DNA of 64,000 bases from Octopus vulgaris. Taxonomy: Eukaryota. The first letter of the stretch is position 1. Each line of letters opens with the position of its first letter. Below the pieces are notes generated by a model. The model did not search any database, was not told the origin of the DNA, and saw only the letters and a program-made list of their open reading frames with translations. The stretch lies in contig OX597820.1 in the NCBI GenBank assembly GCA_951406725.2, positions 30,938,001 to 31,002,000 of the forward strand, written 5' to 3'. Position numbers and translations under genes: made by a program. Of the stretch, positions 24,101 to 34,200 are shown piece by piece.

Positions 24101-27100
24101 AGCATGGCCGCAGTCAAATGACTGAAACAAGTAAAAGAGAGTAAGAGTAATTGGGAAATATTGGGAACAAAGAGGGGGTGGGGGGAATGCACCTTTATTT
24201 CGGCTTATAATTGCTTTTCAAATATTTTCCTTTTTATTTTTGGCAGGAAAATGGTCGAATTTTGTTCTGATGTACGAGAATGGATGGCAGCAGACAAGAA
24301 TAATATCATTGCTGTTCACTGTAAAGGTGGTAAAGGACGAACAGGAACCATCATCTGTGTGTGGCTTATAGACTGTGGACTGTTTCAGGAAGCAAAGGTT
24401 AGTGTCTTGTACTTCATTTGTGTGTTGTGTGTAGACTGAGTTCAAGGAAAGAGGCAGTTTCCACGACTTTTGCTGCGGATTCTTCTCCAAGATCGATGTG
24501 TATGGTTTTAATCTCTACGTTCTTTGGTGAATGTTTGCTGGAAAATCGTAGATGGGGGAAGGAATTGAGGTGTCTGGTTTGAATGCTTGGAACAGAACAA
24601 ACTCCGTTAAATCATCCAGGAACTTTTAGGCCTATTGTATAAGGGAAGGAACTGGGTTAGATCTGAATGCTTAAAACAAGTCTGTTACACACCAAAGCAA
24701 ACTAATGTTAACCAGGGTAACGTATTAAGCCCATAATTTCAAGGGAGAGAACTGGATTTGGCTCTGATAGTTTGCAAACAGAGTGACTTCGGCTGAAGAC
24801 ATCCAGGGACCTGTGATGATTTATGTAGCGGTAGGCTTACAAGGGAGATAACTGCATCTTGCCTAAATGTTAGTCACAGAAAACTCCACTCAAGGCATCG
24901 TAGGGTGGACTTATCATCCACTCCGTCCAAAATAAGAAAGAATGGCACCAGCACTGAGAGGGTGTCCTACTGGAAAGGAGAAAGAATTTGATCTCAAGCA
25001 CAGTGCATCTCATAATAAGGCTTAGGTTCACCAGAGTAAGGTCAGGTTTGATAGTCCATCTAATACACTGATACTTTAGATGACAGAGACCCAAATTCTG
25101 ACGTTCTTATTTGATATTTCGATATTTTATAGAAATAGCAAATAATAATAATAATAATAAAGCCCTGATGCAGTGGCTTCTGATCCTAACTGATTGGAAG
25201 TGTTATCATGTACATTGTTTTGTCTTGGTATAAAAGATGGGCTACAGCAAATATTCTGCTTAATACCACAGATTTGTTTGTCAGTTGCTTGACCTTAACC
25301 AGTTGAGCATGTCCCTTAGTGGCTGACGATTTGTGCATCTCTGATCACGAGCAGACGTAGTGGGGGAGCATCATAGCCATGGGTTGAGAGGGATTCTTTG
25401 GTGTTTGAATAATTCACTTTTGGAAGCCTGGGTGTTTTGTTCAACATCCTTAAACAACCCTTATTCAGGGACCTTTCGAGCGGGATGGGTTACTCGACCT
25501 GGGAAGCAAGTTTTTTACCACACAGCTATGCCTGTTTGGTTTTCCCCTTGTGGTTAGGGCGTTGCATTCACAATCTTATGATCTTGACTAGGTGATGTTT
25601 TGAGTCCATGAACAAAACACTTCAGTTTCACATTACTCCAGTCTGCTCAACTGTAAATGGGTTCCAACAATAGCTGGGAAATAAACCATGCGATCGACCA
25701 GCATTGTGGGAGTGTTGTACTCTTAGTCTTTTATTTGCCATGAAACCAGGTTAAACTCTCTCATGAGTTTTAGGGCTCATGAAGGGCCTATGCTTAAGTC
25801 CTGGTAACCTCTCTGTACAATGCCTTCTCAACTTCACATTGCTCTTGTTTGATATTTCAGTGCTATATATTTCTTTCCTGTGTGATATTTTCATTGTTTA
25901 ATATTTTCTCTGCCAGACATCCTCTCATTTCAGTATCTTTTCTAAATAACATTTTTCTGATGCTTCTCAGGATGTTTTAGAATATTTTGGAGACAGACGC
26001 ACAGATCTTAGTGTTGGTAAAATGTTTCAAGGTGTACAAACGCCAAGTCAGGTTAGTATATTTATTGATGTATTCACACACACGCATGCCCAACTTCCAT
26101 TCTCTAGTTCTCTCTATCTCTCTGCATAGACTTTCACATTGTGCTTGTTATTACTACACATATCTGTAATATAAAATCCATTCTGTCTGTCTGTGTGTGT
26201 GTGTGTCTTCTAGGATCTCGGACATCCTCCATCCGATTGTGTTCAAATTTGATATGTAGATACCAACAATATCAGGGCGTGTATAAGTCTTGAAAAAACT
26301 ACAAAAATCGATTCCAGGTGAGAATGTGATCGATAAAGCTGAATAAAATCGTTTTTCTTTGGAATAGAAAAAAAGTCTATCTTTATTTCTTCTTTTGCTG
26401 GTGTCTCAAATTTAGGTTAAATCAGTGTTTCTTGAAAGGGAGGCCTATAGGGAGGTCGGACAAGTTGTTTTGAGAAAATTTGGTTTAAATGTTCGACAAC
26501 TCAGCACTGTCCATTGGACAGTGGGAGGGGGTGCGTTTTGCTCGTATACATATATTTATACATATTTACCAACTTTTATACACATATATACACTTACTGC
26601 ACCATATTCACAAACATCTTCTTTGGCTGCTCTTGTTCAATAATCATCTCTGGCAGCCTTGCATGTGGGTTACAAGACCTGTTCTTGATCTGCAGTAGTG
26701 ATGACATTTGTTGCAGATGAAGCTACTTGACACAATGGAGAAGTGATGCCTCTGCCTCTCATGTGCTCTTCTGTATTCTCTCTGCTGTTTCTCCTCAATG
26801 GCTGAGATTACAAGCTTCAGTGATTGGTACCATTCATCGTGCTGCAGGACATTGTCCTCCTGGGTGTCTGGGGAGATGTCAGAGTTCTTCAAGTCTCCTC
26901 AAAACATCCCTGACATGTTTGTCACTTAAATGTGACTAACCTTAAGGGTGGATGCTACTGTAGCTTGTAGCCCCAGGAGGACACCTCCTCCAGCTGGCTA
27001 TTGACACACTTTCTGTGCCCTATCAGTATTTGCAAAGAGAAGTCAAGGATTTAGGTGGAAAATATCTCTCTCTATATATAAACGGCAGTTTGTCTGTGCG

Positions 27101-27457
27101 TTTTCTGTGTGTCTGTTTTCTCGTACCCTCACTCTGACCACGGCTTTCAACCGATTCTGATGAAACTTGACACACACATAGCCCAATGTCATAATTCAAA
27201 ACTAACGCAGCGAAAATTTTGAAAAGTTCCCCCAGTTCTGAAAAAAATCGATAAATTCGACATGGGGTCGAGAATCAGAAACCCAAACCACAGACCGTCT
27301 AGGGGACGCAACTCCACCTTTTTTAACTCTCAAAAAAAAAAATTTACCATAATTTTTTTTCCATTTTTTTGCTAATTTTTGGCTATAACTCTCTAAAAAT
27401 GCTTTATAGTTATTTTCCCTTACAAACCTGAGCAACGCCGGGCGATACTGCTAGTAC

Positions 27458-27489
<32 letters not shown>

Positions 27490-28187
27490 CAGACATACAC
27501 ACACACATATGTATGCTTTTGGATGTATGCAACAGGTGTCCCATAATGAAAACAGCTTACCCTTTTATCTCAAGAAACATAAAGATACAATACATCACCT
27601 GTAATAATCTTTAATAAAAGAATGGAAGGTCACAGGTTGATTTATTTTATCATAGTTTTATTCAATGAAAGCTTCTTTTCCTCTCTGCAAGTTTATTTAA
27701 CATTTTGGTAAATTTTGCTGAATACTTATCTCTGCATTTTCAATAGATGTTCCATAGTTTGTGGGGTCTGTGGTGGTTGTTATTTGAACTAGATGTAACT
27801 GGTTATTTATGATATCTTTTTTTGTGGATTGTATAATATACAAACAATTTCAGCATGGAAGATGTTTGTAAGCCATTTAAAAACACACAAAAAAAATGTT
27901 AGATTCATTTCAGCATTTAAATTTAATTTGTGTCAAAATATTTTCATCGCTTTGAAGCTGCAACCTGTTCACTGTCAAAACTTCGTGAGATGCAGCACAA
28001 AGTTTCATCAGTAAACAGGTCGTCGCTTCAAAGCGACGAAAATATTTTGACACAAATGAAATTTAAATGTTGAAGTGGAACTAATGGTTTTTGTGCATTC
28101 TTAAATAGCTTACATACATCTTCCATGCTGCAATTGTTTTTATTTCAGCACATAATCTCAGATCAAGTCATTTGCTATGCAAGTACA

Positions 28188-28263
<76 letters not shown>

Positions 28264-31200
28264 ATTTTATTTAAATCATCATCATCATCGTTTAACGTCC
28301 TTTTTCCATGCTAGCATGGGTTGGACAGTTCAATCGGAATCTGGGAAGCCAGGAAGCTGCACCAGGCTCCAGTCTGATCTGGCAGTGTTTCTACAGCTGG
28401 ATGCCCTTCCTAATGCCAACCACTCCTTGAGTGTAGTGGGTGCCTTTTATGCACCACCAGCACAGGGGCCAGAGGAGGCTGGCAAATGGTCACAATCAGT
28501 TGGTGCTTTTTACGTGTCATCAACACAGATGCCAGTCAGGCAGCGCTGGCACTCTGAGAGTGTAGTGGGTGCTTTTATGTGCCACCGACACAAGGGCCAG
28601 TCAGGCGGTACTGGCAATGGCCATGCTCAAATGGTGCTTTTTATGTGCCACCTGCACAGGAGCCAGTCCAGCGGCACTGGCAATGACCTTGCTCGAATGT
28701 TTTTCATGTGCCACCAGCACAAGTGCCAGTAAGGCGATGCAGGTAATGATCACACTCAAATGGTGTTTTTTACGTGCCATTGGCATGGAGGCCAACTTGT
28801 TGCTTTGGCAACGATCTCCCTCGTGTGGTACTCTTAGCGCTCCACTAGCATGGATGCCAGTCATCGAATTTGATTTCGATTTCAGTATGTATTATTATAT
28901 TTGTTTTATTTAATTTTTATTGTTAAAATAAAACTTTAATAATAATATATTTAAATGCATGTTAATTTTAAATACTAAATATTTACTATTGATTTGCTGT
29001 ATATCATTTTAGATAATTGAGTAAATACTGGTCAAATAAGTGTTCCATAGTCACACATGGGAAGATGGTTGTTTGGAGAGCTTGTGTTCCTTATAGTTAG
29101 TTGTGTGTCACTATGACTGATCTGGGGCCAAACAGCAATAATGATCACAAGTACCCTCATTGAAAATCCCCATACCTATGTAAATAGTCATGTATATACG
29201 TACACGCACGCACAAACACATATACACTTGTTGATGCTGTTTATCCCTTATTGAGCTGACCTATGATTAAAATGCATTCTAGCCACCATAATCTCGTCTT
29301 TTTCCAGACATAGTCTATCTAGGAATACATTATCAAATATGTTCCCTCTTTTTAAGATGGTTGGGAGTGATTTGAGGTAAATTGGTTGCTATTTCTTCCA
29401 TGTTGAGTGAGCTTTTAAGAGCTCCTTCGTATATCGTAAATCCTCAAGTATAATCAGCACTTTTTTCCCAAAATTTAAAGGTCAAAATGCCTAGTGCGTA
29501 CTATATGCTAGGTTGAAAATGAAAATTATTTTCTAAGCAATGTCCGAGTCTCTATTTGTATTCTGGCAATGTTTATTCAGACACATTTTGTGATGTCGGG
29601 CACGAAAATACATTAAGCTAAGCCTGAAAGCAATGAAGTCATAAAAGAATCATCCATAACTTGCAGTAAGCAACATTTATTAAAATAAAAGTATTCAGAA
29701 CACAGAATAACATGTAACAAAAACAATTTGCAAACATATTTACATTCCCATATAACAGTTAAGAACATCACCATTATTGTATTACGCATGCGCAGAAGTG
29801 TTTGTTCAACTAGGTGCTGCTGGCTTAATTACGCACAACTCAAGTTAGAGAAGGGGTGCGTATTATACACAAGGTTTAGGTTTTTCAGAAGTACAGCCCC
29901 CTAAAATCCCCTGCGTATTATACTCAAGGGCGGACTATACTCGAGGATTTACGGTACACATTTTTATATATGCCATATTACTTTCCCTCACATCTACTCT
30001 AGTGTTATCTCTTTCTATCTCTGTGTCTCTCACTCGCACTTTCTCTCTCTCTCTCTCTCTCATGAAACTATTCTCTGTCTCTATTACAGAGCCGGTATGT
30101 CGGTTATTTTGAAAAAATGAAACAGGATTACAATGGAAAATTGCCTGAGAAGAAAGAATTGAATCTGATCTCAATAAAAATCACCGCAATTAAAGGTATG
30201 TGCAGTAGTGCAACAGAAGTTGCATCAATGCGTTGGTGGTCATTGATGCAATAGGAGTTGCATCAGTGTGTGGGTGTGTGCAGCAGTGTTTAGTGTTGGC
30301 TTAGTGATGCAAGGGAAGTATTGGTGAGCAGCATTGCAATGGAAATGTTAGTATGTAGTATTGCAACATAGATGCATTTATGCAGCTGTACATGCGTTGA
30401 TATGCATTACTGCAACAGGCCTGTGGATATGTAATAGTGTGACTAAATATTAGTGTATCATATATATATATTTATTTCACCACCTATATTATTGTTATTC
30501 ATTTTACTAATGATAATAATATCTACATAAATATTTTTGAATATTTATTCATTTAGTGTGTTTGTGTCTGTGTTTGTCCCCTCCAACATCGCTTGACAAC
30601 TGATGCTGGTGTGTTTATGTCCCTGTAACTTAGCGATTCGGCAAAAGAGTCTGATAGAATAAGTACTAAGCTTACAAAGAATAAGTCCTAGGGTCGATTT
30701 GCTCGACTAAAGGCTGTGCTCCAGCATGGCCACAGTCAAATGACTGAAACAAGTAAAAGAGTTAATGTCTGTTTATTTCTACCTTAGAAACTTGGGTTGC
30801 TGACACTGCCAAATTAATTATGATAGGTGTCAAAATTCTTCTATTTGGTTGATGGCTGATAAGGTACTGAGCATGATAGCATCTATTAAGTGTGTATTGC
30901 TATTACATTAAAGGAGTTGCTCTCAAACTACCCTGCTTCATTCATTGTAGTCACTGTGCTGTCATTCTTTAGCCTCAGGTCTGTCAGGATCAATCGGACC
31001 TATGATCAAAGGCATTCCGGTCATGACTGTCTAGTCTTTTCTCAGATATCTTACATATAATTACTCAATGTGCTCTGTCCTTTTTTAAGATGACAGGTTG
31101 TGATTTGAGGGAGACTTGGCTACTGATTCAAGCAAGTCTAGCAATAGCATAGAGATTCCTTCAATCATAATCACCATCTGCTGCTGGAGTCCCAAACCAC

Positions 31201-34200
31201 TGAATCATGGACCAGTACCAGACGGCATAGAAAGAATAACTTTATATTCCATTGTCATCTTTCTTGTGCCTGATTTATGCCTTTTCTCTTATATAAAATC
31301 TGTTCTATCTGTGTGTGTGTCTTCTTGGATCTTGAGCATCCTCCATCCGATTGCACTCAAATTGATATGTAGATACCGATGGTATCGGGGCATGTATAAG
31401 TCTTGAAAAAATTACAAAAATCGATTCCAGGTGAGAATAATAATAATAATAATAATAATAATTGTGTACAGTGCTCAGGTGCACTACAACTCATCTAAAG
31501 TGTATATATAATCAGGTGTAGTTTCGACGGATTTCGGGAAGCATGAGGGCCTTAAAGGATGCAGTGTCATGGCAGTCAACAACTGATGCAGGCAGTTTGC
31601 GATAGATAAAGCCGTTTTTGTCCTGCTTTTCTTCCGTCAACCTGTACATAACGGCACCTTCCATTTTTTTGTTGTTTTTGTACTGCTTAAGGGCACGTTT
31701 CTTTCCTGCCAAGCTTACTGTTTAAACCATGTTTGTGTTCTCCCAGTCAGCAGCCTTATCATTACTGGTACTTTAAACTCTTCGGTTGCATATTTGTGTG
31801 AATAAAATCGTTTTTCTTTGGAATAGTAAAAAAGTCTATCTTTATTTCTTCTTTTGCTGGTGTCTCAAATTTAGGTTAAATCAGTGTTTCTCAAAGGGGA
31901 GACCTATGGGACGGTCGGACAATTCGTTTTGAGAAAATTTGGTTTAAATGTTTGACAACTCAGCACCATCCATTGGATGGGGGATTGTTTTGCTTGTATA
32001 TATATAAACTGCAAATCAAAAGTATGCTTTATTTGTTGTTCTAGGTGTTGGCAATGGTGACGGTAGTGACCTCAGTATAGAGATACGTACCGCTGAAAAC
32101 CTCATCTATGAGTGCCACTTAGGGGCAAGTATTAACTGTCAGGTGAGTGAGAGATTTATTTCTCAGTAGACTTGATATATCTCAACAGAAAATAATTTCA
32201 AACATGATATTCTTCAACAAAAAATATGTTAGTATATAAAACTGCTTTCTGCAGTTAAGAGTAATGAAATTTCGATTGGCTATGTCTGATTTCTGCAGTA
32301 AAGGGAAAACACCTGTTACAATTGTTTCAGTTGATCTCTGCTTTAAACACACATTACTCATAAATATCTATGAGATAATTTACATAATAATGAAATTATT
32401 GTATACAGTGCTCAGGTGCACTACAACTTGTCAAAAGTGCATATAAAGCATATGCAGTAATGTACAAATGTCTGGAAAGTGAGCAGTGTATTAATCAGAT
32501 ACATGCTTGCGTGTGTATGGAGAGGAGAAAATCAGGTGAATCTCAGAAAGCATTTGTTGGTGAATCTCAGAAAGCATGGAAGTTTTGAAGGATGCAGTGC
32601 TCCGACAATTAACAACTGATGCCTGCAGTTTGCACCATACTTCAGCAAGTCTTAGCGTGAAAAAATGTTTCCAAAAGTCATGGGAGCTGTGCTGTTTTCT
32701 GACTTTGTAAACATGTCCATGGGTGTTAGACAGGTGGAGTTTGAAAAAGACTTGTGTAATTTAAAAGCAGTTGAAGTACTTTGTAACACCATCTTCTTTA
32801 GACCTGATAGCTTTGTTGATTTATATATATGTGTGTGCGTGTACATTGATGTTGTTGCAGTTGATTGAGATGCATTTCTATCAACAGGTGATTAAATACA
32901 CAGACAGTGACAGTATCATGATCAACCTGCACCAATGTCCAGTTCTGGTCAATGATATAAAAGTTAAATTCAATTCTACAAATGTAAGTAGACTCCTCAG
33001 AGCCCTTCCCCTCACATTCTACTCTTTTGGTTTTTCTTTCTACCTTTTTCCTGCCTTCATTCTGTCCTTCTCACTCTCACTTCTTATTGTGTTCTTAGAA
33101 AAGACATAATGTGTTGTATGATGCTACACAGTTGTTGCTATTATATTAAAAGACTTTGCCCTCAAATTACCCTGCTTCATTCATTGTGTTATGCTCTCTA
33201 ATCACTGTGTTGTCATTCTTTAGCCCCAGGTCTGTCAGGATCAAGCAGACCTATGATCAAAGGCATTCCAGTTATGACTGTCCAGTCTTTTCTTGGATAT
33301 CTTACATATAATTACTCAATGTGCTCTGTCCTTTTTTAAGATGACAGGTTGTGATTTGAGGGAGACTTGGTTACTAATTCAAGCAATAGCATAGAGATTC
33401 CCCTACTCATAATCACCATCTGCTGCTGGGGTCCCAAATCACTGGGCCACAAACCAGTACCAGTCTGCATAGAAAAAATAAATGTTTAAATTTTGTTTTA
33501 TTAACTATCGCAGTCTGCAGGTTGATTTTTTGCATTAGTTATGTAATATATGTTATATATATATATAATAATAATTATATTATATATTTCACCAATGAAG
33601 GAGTCATACCCAATGACTGGTGTAGCAGCACGACAGTCAACTGCTACAAAGGTAAAAGTGATGCATTAGATACAAATAATTACAGAGGTATCAAGTTGTT
33701 GGATCAGGTAATGAAAGTCACAGAGAGGGTCATAGCCCAATTAATTAAGGAGAGAGTCAGTCTAGAAGAGATGCAGATTGGGTTTGTGCCAAGGAAAAGC
33801 ACCACTGATGCTATATTTCTGGTAAGGCAGATGCTGGAGAAATATATAGCCAAAGATAAACCTCTGTACTTGGCATTTCAGAATTTTAAGATCATATTGT
33901 TTAGTTCCAAGTCATCTTTGACTGAGCAGATGTATGATGAAAAGAGTTCGAGTTATGACCTGCACTCCACTCTTCTTTGGTCATTACATTGGTCAGACTA
34001 TGTAAACTAATCATCCCCTCTCTCTCATTTTAAGGGTGTAATTAAAAGGAGATTTAGCTGTTATTTCTAGCAAGCTAAGCAACCACATAGTGCCCTTTTT
34101 TTTTTTACCAAAGGATTCCTAATTGTGTTTGAGTAAAAAATGATTTGGACATAAATATGGCATAAATTTATAAAGTTACATTCAATTCTGGAAGAGGAAT

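Noticed and set aside
24247-24397. Assignment as PTEN
   Set aside because: The motif is HCKGGKGR rather than HCKAGKGR, there is an in-frame S1-S4 sensor upstream, and there is no PTEN C-terminal tail.
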